64,000 bases of DNA, taken from positions 186,001 to 250,000 of the forward strand of contig NIVC01001081.1 in NCBI GenBank assembly GCA_002269645.1. The letters run 5' to 3'. The notes beneath the pieces are model-generated. The model saw nothing but the letters and a program-made list of their open reading frames with translations, searched no databases and had not been told where the DNA came from. Positions 9,660-33,600 of this stretch are shown here, piece by piece; position 1 is the first letter of the stretch, and every line of letters starts with the position of its first letter. This stretch comes from Macrostomum lignano (Eukaryota). Position numbers and translations under genes: made by a program.

Positions 9660-12600
9660 TAGTGAGGCTGGCTCCTCCCGAGGCGGGACCTCTGCCTATG
9701 TGGAAACTCCCACGGCCGCGGAGGGATCCAAAGCGGGGGGCGCTGGCCAAACCACTAAGCCGAAGCGCACTTATGCGGCTATGGTCAAGAGACAGCCGGA
9801 CCTGATCATCCAAGGCCAGAAGATGCCTCTTACGACCGAACAGCTCGACCAAACCTGAAGCAGGTTGGAATCCCACCTGGTCAGGATGGCCTTGAGCGGT
9901 ACTTAAGAAGTCCTAAAGTCGAGGACCACGCCTCTACAGGGAGGACGAGCGACCCCGGACACACCGGCACCGTGCCTGGATCCCGGCTCGCAGCTCCATC
10001 ACCAAGGCCGACGAGCTGCGTCGCCTGCTAGTGGCTACAAACCCGGAGCTGCCGGCCAATGGCGTCGTAGTTCACGAGACCATCTCCAAGCCGGGCGGAG
10101 ACGGTTTCACGGCTATTCTCGGACTGTCGGATAGCTGGATGCTCCGCTACCCGGACATGTCCCTTATCCCTGTTGTGATAAATAGGCAATTAGATAAATA
10201 GCATGCACGGTGAGCAATTACGCTCGTATTGAGGCCCTAGACAAACCTACTTGGAGCGTCAGAGATTTTAAAGCTATTGACCCTAATCGCCTATCGCCGG
10301 TCGGCGAGTTCTACCAGTCTTCTCCAATAGCCGCAGGTACAGTACAAGAAAAGAAAAGAACACGAGGGAACACGAACCGAAAGATTTAGAGAGTGATAAT
10401 CCTGTAAGAATAGCTAATAAGCAATTGACTTGACGGTTTAATTTGACACATTCAATAGTTACAAGATTCAAATTCAAAGCGGCGCAGATAACTAGAGTTG
10501 ACAAAATGACGATAACGGTTAATAATAATAATTAGATTACGCAACTGGCAAGCAGATCTCAGCTGAGAAGAAGAGGAAGAGGAACCGAACACGACCACGG
10601 AGAAGACTCCTAACCCCTGGCCTAAACCAGAACCTACTCTCAAACGAGAGCCCTGCCGAATTGATCGTTCAACGGAGCACTGACTAAGTTCTATCAGCGC
10701 TGCCCTTCAGTGTGACACTGAGGCCCTCTGGGTCGAGGCCGCGTACTTGATCAGATCCGACAGTCTCTACCTAAACCGCGCTTGACAGCGACGACGTCAG
10801 ACAAGGATGCCGAATCGTTACGCTACAAGACTGAAGCGGTTGGGCGGGGAACAAAGTATGGACCGGGGGTGACGAAATCAAAACGCCTCAAAGCGCGAAC
10901 CAAAGGGAAACAGGCCACCGGCCGGGAAGCTGGAACACAAATCAAAACCGGGGACGGAGCAGGAAAGAGAAGGCGAGATCTGATTGCCAAACACACTTTC
11001 ATATATAGTCAGAGTCACAACCCCTCAAAACCCCCTCAAGCCGGGCGGTGGTCGTCTGTCCGGCCGCTTGCTTAAGCCGAATTGCACACTGTGCCCGCGG
11101 CGCCGGGTAGAACTGGAACTTGCCGCGTGCCAGGGTCCAGGCCGGTTCTGATTGGCTGACCGTGCAAAGCTGGGGTTCGCAGAAAAAAACTTAACCCTCC
11201 GCTGAGTCGCAATTGGCGTCTGACTTCTAACCTGTTTACAAATTTAGATTTTAACTAACAAGAAAAAGTACATCAAAAACGCATGACTAAACTAAAGCAA
11301 AATAATAATTCAATAACAATATAGAAACTAATACAATCAATTAACTAACAAAATACACGCAAAAGATGCTCACACTACACTGTCGGGCTGATGCAGATTC
11401 AAATCTTCAGCTTTGAGTCTGACACCACCCGCCCACCGCCCCCGCAGAAGCGTAAGCGGGCGAGCTGGGGCCTTGCCTGGCGGAGACGCCCAGGAAAAGA
11501 AGCTCCCGTTTGTCACGACCCCTCCGAGGACGTGGACCCCGTCAGGGGAAGCCTCGAAAGCTGCAGCAACAGGCGGACGTGGAAAGGGCCGGAAACCCGC
11601 CCGGAACACTATCCGCTCTGGTCTGACTCAGCGCACGAAGCAGCTGCTGGACACCGCCAAGGCCCACAACCGCAGCAACCCCCAGCCCAGTGTCACCACT
11701 GCGGCCCCCCAGGAAAACCTGACCAAGAGTGAGAATGCCGCCCAGGTGGCGGCCCCGCGCTCGACCATGGAGACCATCAGGGAGGGAGGAGCCCATGGAA
11801 CTGGATTCTGGAGCCATCGGCAAGGCAGAAGAGGCAGCCCTCCTGCACAAAGCGCCCTGAGCCGGCAGGAAACTGCGCGGACCACTCGTGGAATCCCAGG
11901 AGTGGACATCCTGCAGCTTAACATGCACTACTGCATTGCGTGATGCCCCAACCTGATGCGGGTGGCAAACTACGTGAAACCGGGCATCATCCTACTTCAG
12001 GAGCCCTGGACGAAGAAAGGTAAGATTCCGAACATTCCTGCTGGTTTTGACTGTTTTCAAGACCCCCAAAACCCCGGAGCAGCCATTTTCGTGTCTACCC
12101 ATCTCGCAGCTTGGCACAGATCAAACCTCTCTGACAGAGACCTCTGTGTCATTCAGTCTAATCACATCACCAACCGCACGGTCATCATCGCCTCGATCTA
12201 TATCCCTGGCGATGGCCCCGCGGTTCCACCCAACCCTCACCTCCCTCGTGGACTACTGCTCTAACCGTAGGTTTGAGCTGCTTATGGCGGGCGACGTCAA
12301 CGCCCCACAACATCCACTGGGGCAGTAATACCTCCTACAGCAGAGGCGGAGGAACTTCTTGCTTACATCTGCACTACCAACGCTGAGTTTTGCAACACTG
12401 GTGGAACCCCCACCTTCGACAACGGGCGATGGACGGAGGATCACGACGGTAACCCTCGTCTCCCATGGTTTGGCTTCTCTGGTCAAGGACTGGGAGATGT
12501 GGGACGAAGAGGAGTCTGTCTGACCACCGCTTCGTTCGTTTTCGATTGCAATCCTCTTGCCTCAAACCTGTGGAAAAGGAACGTCTGGAACACTGACTAG

Positions 12601-12720
12601 ACGGCTTTCGCAAAAACCCTGAAATGCTAGACAGATCAGCTGTCCACCGCCGCTCCAACCACCTTGCAGACTTGCTCAACCGTCCTGACAGCCCACTCCT
12701 GTACTTTCAAGGCCTACAAA
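9660..12720 (+). mobile_element. Truncated, degenerate non-LTR retrotransposon (R1/LOA-like): ORF1 plus apurinic endonuclease part of ORF2, split by a solo LTR
   Basis: ORF1-like KRTYAAMVK..LTTEQLDQ and RAWIPARSSITKADELRRLLVATNPELP..GFTAILGLSD; rejoins in frame after LTR removal. From ~11900: APE motifs ILQLNMHYC, IILLQEPW, GDVNA..H(W)GS, NTGGTPTF, SDHRF, TDW. Contains stops and frameshifts; no reverse transcriptase. Confidence 0.8.
10174..11379 (-). mobile_element. Solo LTR, 1206 bp, nested in LINE ORF1
   Basis: Minus-strand termini TGTAGTG...TATCACA; 4-bp TSD CTGT at 10170-10173 and 11380-11383; minus-strand CCAATCAG (~11150) and TATATATGAAAG (~11000). Excision leaving one TSD restores ...DMSL-IPVGLMQIQ in frame. 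Confidence 0.85.
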
Positions 12721-12820
12721 GGCAAAAAAATTCCACCCCCCTTTGTGGCACCCGGCGTTTGGATCCCAGCAGCAGCAGAGGTGAGAAACAAAAGATGCAG
12801 CCCGCAGCAACTGTGGGGGT

Positions 12821-13509
12821 GAGAGTGAGTGAGTGAGTGAGTGAGTGAGTGAGTGAGTGAGTGAGTGAGTGAGTGAGTGAGTGAGTGTGTGAGTGATTGA
12901 GTGAGTGAGTGAGTGAGTGAGTGAGTGAGTGAGTGAGTGAGTGAGTGAGTGAGTGAGTGTGTGAGTGATTGAGTGAGTGAGTGAGTGAGTGAGTGAGTGA
13001 GTGAGTGTGTGAGTGATTGAGTGAGTGAGTGAGTGAGTGAGTGAGTGAGTGAGTGAGTGTGTGAATGAGTGAGTGAATGAGTGAGTGAGTGAGTGAGTGA
13101 GTGAGTGAGTGAGTGAGTGAGTGAGTGAGTGAGTGAGTGAGTGAGTGAGTGAGTGAGTGAGTGAGTGAGTGAGTGTGTGAGTGAGTGAGTGAGTGTGTGA
13201 ATGAGTGAGTGTGTGAATGAGTGAGTGTGTGAATGAGTGAGTGAGTGAGTGAGTGAGTGAGTGAGTGAGTGAGTGAGTGAGTGAGTGAGTGAGTGAGTGA
13301 GTGAGTGAGTGAGTGAGTGAGTGAGTGAGTGAGTGAGTGAGTGAGTGAGTGAGTGAGTGAGTGAGTGAGTGAGTGAGTGAGTGAGTGAGTGAGTGAGTGA
13401 GTGAGTGAGTGAGTGAGTGAGTGAGTGAGTGAGTGATTGATTGAGTGAGTGAGTGAGTGAGTGAGTGAGTGAGTGAGTGAGTGAGTGAGTGAGTGAGTGA
13501 GTGAGTGAG
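12821..13509 (+). repeat. (GAGT)n microsatellite
   Basis: Direct inspection; occasional GTGT, GATT and GAAT variant units. Confidence 0.99.
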
Positions 13510-13792
13510 GGAGTGATTTTTGCCAATGTTGGTGGTTTTTGCTACCAGACACCCCCAGGAGAATCATTGAATATCTCGACGATGCCGATTTTTCGTGATT
13601 ATCGAAGTTGCTTCATCGAATAGAGCAGAAAATTTTAGCCCGTGTTCTGGATTTTCATTGCGATTACAAGTGGTTGAATATTTTTGGAGATCCAGACAAA
13701 GTAAAAATGTGTGCATTTGAAACACACCCCATGGTCTTTCTACTGTTAAAGCCTTCACTTCACCATTCTATACACTTCTATGGCCTACTGCA

Positions 13793-14138
13793 GGGGGGGG
13801 GTCGTAGCCCAGCGGTAGCGCGCAGCACTCGATTCCAAGTGCAGTCATTAATTTGGGGCTGAATTGGAATCTCGGCTTGGCTCTGCTCGTGCAATTAACG
13901 GCCTTGAGAGCCAACCTCCCAAGGCACAGTGAAGTGTACATGCCTAACGATAAAATAAAGTTAGGGCCGCTGTACACTCCTGTGAGTGTGCGCCTGTGCG
14001 TTTGACTGCGTACGTATCCGCTTGTATGCCTGCTCAGGGGAGTCGGCGGAATGGGCAGTAATGTCTCTCGCCGGTTGTGTGCCTATGTCGCTTAAAGTCC
14101 GCCAGGGTGCACACAACCCCCCTGCCTCTAATAAAAAA
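13793..14138 (+). mobile_element. tRNA-derived SINE, copy 2 (deletion in tRNA head)
   Basis: Near-identical to 1704-2070 but lacks about 20-25 nt between the A and B boxes; 13-bp TSD ATGGCCTACTGCA at 13780-13792 and 14139-14151. Confidence 0.9.
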
Positions 14139-14264
14139 ATGGCCTACTGCAAGTAGCAAGTAAAGCTTTCAAATTTTGTCTAGCTCACGGATGTTAAGCT
14201 TGTTGCAACCAGATTGAAGATTGGAGAGACTCACGGAAGTTAGGAGACTCCTTGAGTTCGCGAA

Positions 14265-14366
14265 AAAGGCAAGGGAAGGGACTACTTGCCTTCCCTTGCC
14301 TTTCCTGGTTTGGACTCTAACCCCCAGACCACAACCCCCATTGTGGTCTGGGGGTTAGAGTCCAAA
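14265..14366. repeat. Two adjacent perfect inverted repeats (15-bp and 26-bp stems)
   Basis: AAAGGCAAGGGAAGG (14265-14279) / CCTTCCCTTGCCTTT (14289-14303); TTTGGACTCTAACCCCCAGACCACAA (14309-14334) / TTGTGGTCTGGGGGTTAGAGTCCAAA (14341-14366). Confidence 0.95.
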
Positions 14367-15043
14367 AACCTTCACTCATTTTGGCACTCATTTTGGCACC
14401 TCAGCCACATTTTGTACTTGGCCCTTGAGGCAATACAGCTTGCTGACCCCGGATTTAATCAATATCAAACAATATGCTGAGATTGGGTGAGTTCGGCAGC
14501 TCCAGATTCCAGCTCACAAGATCTCCATGGCCCAGCCCTTTCATCCATGCAGTTTATTATTGCAGGGGTTCAGAACGGGGGCTGCCCACCTCACTGGCAA
14601 CAAAGCCAAATGGGGGGGGGGGCAGGCATTCATTCGAAGCTCTGATTGTCCAACAGAAAACTGATGCTTGCGCCCGCCCGCCCGCCTTCCTGCTGTCTCT
14701 CTCTGTCTGCCCAAAAAGAACTTTGCTGGATTGTTTTTTAAGCAGATGCTCCTCTCTCTCTCTTCTTAACCCCCCCACCAGTGTGCAGCCCATATACAAT
14801 GGAGACTGCACAAAGCAGTTATGACTGCACAAATTCTACCTATTTATGCTAAAAAGCGGCAGAAGAGGCTCGAAAGCAGTCAAAGAAGGTTTTCGAGTCA
14901 GAAGACAAGAACTTACGCTGGGTGAAGGATCCGGCACCAATGCATGATTAAGTGCACTCAAACTGATCTTGCAATGAGACCTTAGAAAAGCTTCTCAGCT
15001 GCTGAAATATTCTCCCTTGATTGATTTTCCCGCAAATTTCGAA

Positions 15044-26966
<11,923 letters not shown>

Positions 26967-26994
26967 CCGGTTGGGGTGTCCTAACTATCCAACG

Positions 26995-27270
26995 CCTGAC
27001 TCTCCGCCTCCTGACTCTCCGTCTCCTGACTCACCGGTCTCCCGACTCTCCGTCTCCTGACTCTCCGTCTCCTGACTCTCCGTCTCCTGGCTCTCTGTCT
27101 CCTGACTCTCCTCCTCCTGACTCTCCGTCTCCTGACTCTCCGTCTCCTGACTCTCCGTCTCCTGACTCTCCGTCTCCTGACTCTCCGTCTCCTGACTCTC
27201 CGTCTCCTGACTCTCCGTCTTTTGACTCACCGGTCTCCTGACTCTCCGTCTCCTGACTCTCCGACTCTCC
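26995..27270 (+). repeat. TCTCCGTCTCCTGAC 15-bp minisatellite
   Basis: Direct inspection; starts ~30 nt after the DOCK stop codon. Confidence 0.93.
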
Positions 27271-27643
27271 GCATCCGTATTCTTCACATTTCTGAGACTA
27301 ATTTCTATCTTATTTATCTCCAGCTTAAAGCCAGAGTTTCGCCAACTACTGACAGTAGCTTTCAAGCGAATTGCCGTTAATTTTCCGCTTTTTGAACGCA
27401 TTTTTAAAAAGCACCAACAGAATCAAGAAAAAACACGCCAGCTTGCTAATTTCACTATGATATGCCAGGTATTTTTCCTCAATTGTGATTTGCTTAGTTT
27501 AAAAACCCATTGCATGCTTGTCGGATTATGCTACTGCCAGGGATATTATGCGCGTATTGTTGTATACCATTCTCATTGAAATAAAATTAAAGTTCCCCCG
27601 GTTCAATGTATTCTAAGACCTGCTATTATTTCTGACTTGACTG

Positions 27644-30600
27644 TATTACAGGTCAAGGAGCAGAATGGATTGCTAATCTAGCCAATATCACAGGTCAAGG
27701 GGAAGAATGGATTGCTAATCTAGCCAATATCACAGGTCAAGGGGAAGAATGGATTGCTAATCTAGCCAATATTACAGGTCAAGGGGCAGAATGGATTGCT
27801 AATCTAGCCAATATCACAGGTCAAGGAGCAGAATGGATTGCTAATCTAGCCAATATCACAGGTCAAGGGGAAGAATGGATTGCTAATCTAGCCAATATCA
27901 CAGGTCAAGGAGCAGAATGGATTGCTAATCTAGCCAATATTACAGGTCAAGGAGCAGAATGGATTGCTAATCTAGCCAATATTACAGGTCAAGGAGCAGA
28001 ATGGATTGCTAATCTAGCCAATATTACAGGTCAAGGAGCAGAATGGATTGCTAATCTAGCCAATATCACAGGTCAAGGGGAAGAATGGATTGCTAATCTA
28101 GCCAATATCACAGGTCAAGGGGAAGAATGGATTGCTAATCTAGCCAATATCACAGGTCAAGGAGCAGAATGGATTGCTAATCTAGCCAATATCACAGGTC
28201 AAGGAGCAGAATGGATTGCTAATCTAGCCAATATCACAGGTCAAGGAGCAGAATGGATTGCTAATCTAGCCAATATCACAGGTCAAGGAGCAGAATGGAT
28301 TGCTAATCTAGCCAATATCACAGGTCAAGGAGCAGAATGGATTGCTAATCTAGCCAATATCACAGGTCAAGGAGCAGAATGGATTGCTAATCTAGCCAAT
28401 ATCACAGGTCAAGGAGCAGAATGGATTGCTAATCTAGCCAATATCACAGGTCAAGGAGCAGAATGGATTGCTAATCTAGCCAATATCACAGGTCAAGGAG
28501 CAGAATGGATTGCTAATCTAGCCAATATCACAGGTCAAGGAGCAGAATGGATTGCTAATCTAGCCAATATCACAGGTCAAGGGGAAGAATGGATTGCTAA
28601 TCTAGCCAATATCACAGGTCAAGGGGAAGAATGGATTGCTAATCTAGCCAATATCACAGGTCAAGGAGCAGAATGGATTGCTAATCTAGCCAATATTACA
28701 GGTCAAGGGGAAGAATGGATTGCTAATCTAGCCAATATCACAGGTCAAGGAGCAGAATGGATTGCTAATCTAGCCAATATCACAGGTCAAGGAGCAGAAT
28801 GGATTGCTAATCTAGCCAATATCACAGGTCAAGGAGCAGAATGGATTGCTAATCTAGCCAATATCACAGGTCAAGGAGCAGAATGGATTGCTAATCTAGC
28901 CAATATCACAGGTCAAGGAGCAGAATGGATTGCTAATCTAGCCAATATCACAGGTCAAGGAGCAGAATGGATTGCTAATCTAGCCAATATCACAGGTCAA
29001 GGAGCAGAATGGATTGCTAATCTAGCCAATATCACAGGTCAAGGAGCAGAATGGATTGCTAATCTAGCCAATATCACAGGTCAAGGGGAAGAATGGATTG
29101 CTAATCTAGCCAATATCACAGGTCAAGGGGAAGAATGGATTGCTAATCTAGCCAATATCACAGGTCAAGGAGCAGAATGGATTGCTAATCTAGCCAATAT
29201 TACAGGTCAAGGGGAAGAATGGATTGCTAATCTAGCCAATATCACAGGTCAAGGAGCAGAATGGATTGCTAATCTAGCCAATATCACAGGTCAAGGAGCA
29301 GAATGGATTGCTAATCTAGCCAATATCACAGGTCAAGGAGCAGAATGGATTGCTAATCTAGCCAATATCACAGGTCAAGGAGCAGAATGGATTGCTAATC
29401 TAGCCAATATCACAGGTCAAGGAGCAGAATGGATTGCTAATCTAGCCAATATCACAGGTCAAGGAGCAGAATGGATTGCTAATCTAGCCAATATCACAGG
29501 TCAAGGAGCAGAATGGATTGCTAATCTAGCCAATATCACAGGTCAAGGAGCAGAATGGATTGCTAATCTAGCCAATATCACAGGTCAAGGAGCAGAATGG
29601 ATTGCTAATCTAGCCAATATCACAGGTCAAGGAGCAGAATGGATTGCTAATCTAGCCAATATCACAGGTCAAGGAGCAGAATGGATTGCTAATCTAGCCA
29701 ATATCACAGGTCAAGGAGCAGAATGGATTGCTAATCTAGCCAATATCACAGGTCAAGGAGCAGAATGGATTGCTAATCTAGCCAATATCACAGGTCAAGG
29801 AGCAGAATGGATTGCTAATCTAGCCAATATCACAGGTCAAGGAGCAGAATGGATTGCTAATCTAGCCAATATCACAGGTCAAGGGAAGAATGGATTGCTA
29901 ATCTAGCCAATATCACAGGTCAAGGAGCAGAATGGATTGCTAATCTAGCCAATATCACAGGTCAAGGGGAAGAATGGATTGCTAATCTAGCCAATATCAC
30001 AGGTCAAGGAGCAGAATGGATTGCTAATCTAGCCAATATCACAGGTCAAGGAGCAGAATGGATTGCTAATCTAGCCAATATCACAGGTCAAGGAGCAGAA
30101 TGGATTGCTAATCTAGCCAATATCACAGGTCAAGGAGCAGAATGGATTGCTAATCTAGCCAATATCACAGGTCAAGGAGCAGAATGGATTGCTAATCTAG
30201 CCAATATCACAGGTCAAGGAGCAGAATGGATTGCTAATCTAGCCAATATCACAGGTCAAGGAGCAGAATGGATTGCTAATCTAGCCAATATCACAGGTCA
30301 AGGAGCAGAATGGATTGCTAATCTAGCCAATATCACAGGTCAAGGAGCAGAATGGATTGCTAATCTAGCCAATATCACAGGTCAAGGAGCAGAATGGATT
30401 GCTAATCTAGCCAATATCACAGGTCAAGGAGCAGAATGGATTGCTAATCTAGCCAATATCACAGGTCAAGGAGCAGAATGGATTGCTAATCTAGCCAATA
30501 TCACAGGTCAAGGAGCAGAATGGATTGCTAATCTAGCCAATATCACAGGTCAAGGAGCAGAATGGATTGCTAATCTAGCCAATATCACAGGTCAAGGAGC

Positions 30601-33600
30601 AGAATGGATTGCTAATCTAGCCAATATCACAGGTCAAGGAGCAGAATGGATTGCTAATCTAGCCAATATCACAGGTCAAGGAGCAGAATGGATTGCTAAT
30701 CTAGCCAATATCACAGGTCAAGGAGCAGAATGGATTGCTAATCTAGCCAATATCACAGGTCAAGGAGCAGAATGGATTGCTAATCTAGCCAATATCACAG
30801 GTCAAGGAGCAGAATGGATTGCTAATCTAGCCAATATCACAGGTCAAGGAGCAGAATGGATTGCTAATCTAGCCAATATCACAGGTCAAGGAGCAGAATG
30901 GATTGCTAATCTAGCCAATATCACAGGTCAAGGAGCAGAATGGATTGCTAATCTAGCCAATATCACAGGTCAAGGAGCAGAATGGATTGCTAATCTAGCC
31001 AATATCACAGGTCAAGGAGCAGAATGGATTGCTAATCTAGCCAATATCACAGGTCAAGGAGCAGAATGGATTGCTAATCTAGCCAATATCACAGGTCAAG
31101 GAGCAGAATGGATTGCTAATCTAGCCAATATCACAGGTCAAGGAGCAGAATGGATTGCTAATCTAGCCAATATCACAGGTCAAGGAGCAGAATGGATTGC
31201 TAATCTAGCCAATATCACAGGTCAAGGAGCAGAATGGATTGCTAATCTAGCCAATATCACAGGTCAAGGAGCAGAATGGATTGCTAATCTAGCCAATATC
31301 ACAGGTCAAGGAGCAGAATGGATTGCTAATCTAGCCAATATCACAGGTCAAGGAGCAGAATGGATTGCTAATCTAGCCAATATCACAGGTCAAGGAGCAG
31401 AATGGATTGCTAATCTAGCCAATATCACAGGTCAAGGAGCAGAATGGATTGCTAATCTAGCCAATATCACAGGTCAAGGAGCAGAATGGATTGCTAATCT
31501 AGCCAATATCACAGGTCAAGGAGCAGAATGGATTGCTAATCTAGCCAATATCACAGGTCAAGGAGCAGAATGGATTGCTAATCTAGCCAATATCACAGGT
31601 CAAGGGGAAGAATGGATTGCTAATCTAGCCAATATCACAGGTCAAGGAGCAGAATGGATTGCTAATCTAGCCAATATCACAGGTCAAGGGGAAGAATGGA
31701 TTGCTAATCTAGCCAATATCACAGGTCAAGGAGCAGAATGGATTGCTAATCTAGCCAATATCACAGGTCAAGGGAAGAATGGATTGCTAATCTAGCCAAT
31801 ATCACAGGTCAAGGAGCAGAATGGATTGCTAATCTAGCCAATATCACAGGTCAAGGAGCAGAATGGATTGCTAATCTAGCCAATATCACAGGTCAAGGAG
31901 CAGAATGGATTGCTAATCTAGCCAATATCACAGGTCAAGGAGCAGAATGGATTGCTAATCTAGCCAATATCACAGGTCAAGGAGCAGAATGGATTGCTAA
32001 TCTAGCCAATATCACAGGTCAAGGAGCAGAATGGATTGCTAATCTAGCCAATATCACAGGTCAAGGAGCAGAATGGATTGCTAATCTAGCCAATATCACA
32101 GGTCAAGGAGCAGAATGGATTGCTAATCTAGCCAATATCACAGGTCAAGGAGCAGAATGGATTGCTAATCTAGCCAATATCACAGGTCAAGGAGCAGAAT
32201 GGATTGCTAATCTAGCCAATATCACAGGTCAAGGAGCAGAATGGATTGCTAATCTAGCCAATATCACAGGTCAAGGAGCAGAATGGATTGCTAATCTAGC
32301 CAATATCACAGGTCAAGGAGCAGAATGGATTGCTAATCTAGCCAATATCACAGGTCAAGGAGCAGAATGGATTGCTAATCTAGCCAATATCACAGGTCAA
32401 GGAGCAGAATGGATTGCTAATCTAGCCAATATCACAGGTCAAGGAGCAGAATGGATTGCTAATCTAGCCAATATCACAGGTCAAGGAGCAGAATGGATTG
32501 CTAATCTAGCCAATATCACAGGTCAAGGAGCAGAATGGATTGCTAATCTAGCCAATATCACAGGTCAAGGAGCAGAATGGATTGCTAATCTAGCCAATAT
32601 CACAGGTCAAGGAGCAGAATGGATTGCTAATCTAGCCAATATCACAGGTCAAGGAGCAGAATGGATTGCTAATCTAGCCAATATCACAGGTCAAGGAGCA
32701 GAATGGATTGCTAATCTAGCCAATATCACAGGTCAAGGAGCAGAATGGATTGCTAATCTAGCCAATATCACAGGTCAAGGAGCAGAATGGATTGCTAATC
32801 TAGCCAATATCACAGGTCAAGGAGCAGAATGGATTGCTAATCTAGCCAATATCACAGGTCAAGGGAAGAATGGATTGCTAATCTAGCCAATATCACAGGT
32901 CAAGGAGCAGAATGGATTGCTAATCTAGCCAATATCACAGGTCAAGGGGAAGAATGGATTGCTAATCTAGCCAATATCACAGGTCAAGGAGCAGAATGGA
33001 TTGCTAATCTAGCCAATATCACAGGTCAAGGGGAAGAATGGATTGCTAATCTAGCCAATATCACAGGTCAAGGAGCAGAATGGATTGCTAATCTAGCCAA
33101 TATCACAGGTCAAGGAGCAGAATGGATTGCTAATCTAGCCAATATCACAGGTCAAGGAGCAGAATGGATTGCTAATCTAGCCAATATCACAGGTCAAGGA
33201 GCAGAATGGATTGCTAATCTAGCCAATATCACAGGTCAAGGAGCAGAATGGATTGCTAATCTAGCCAATATCACAGGTCAAGGAGCAGAATGGATTGCTA
33301 ATCTAGCCAATATCACAGGTCAAGGAGCAGAATGGATTGCTAATCTAGCCAATATCACAGGTCAAGGAGCAGAATGGATTGCTAATCTAGCCAATATCAC
33401 AGGTCAAGGAGCAGAATGGATTGCTAATCTAGCCAATATCACAGGTCAAGGAGCAGAATGGATTGCTAATCTAGCCAATATCACAGGTCAAGGAGCAGAA
33501 TGGATTGCTAATCTAGCCAATATCACAGGTCAAGGAGCAGAATGGATTGCTAATCTAGCCAATATCACAGGTCAAGGAGCAGAATGGATTGCTAATCTAG

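Noticed and set aside
12707-13567. Long ORFs such as (HSLT)n, and similar ones at 38167-40352, 43449-44246, 44480-45553, 51826-53540, 54137-54955, 58310-59159, 59193-60273, 60366-61173 and 62021-63042
   Set aside because: They are translations of stop-free micro- or minisatellites with no domain content, and many lie inside introns of the called genes.
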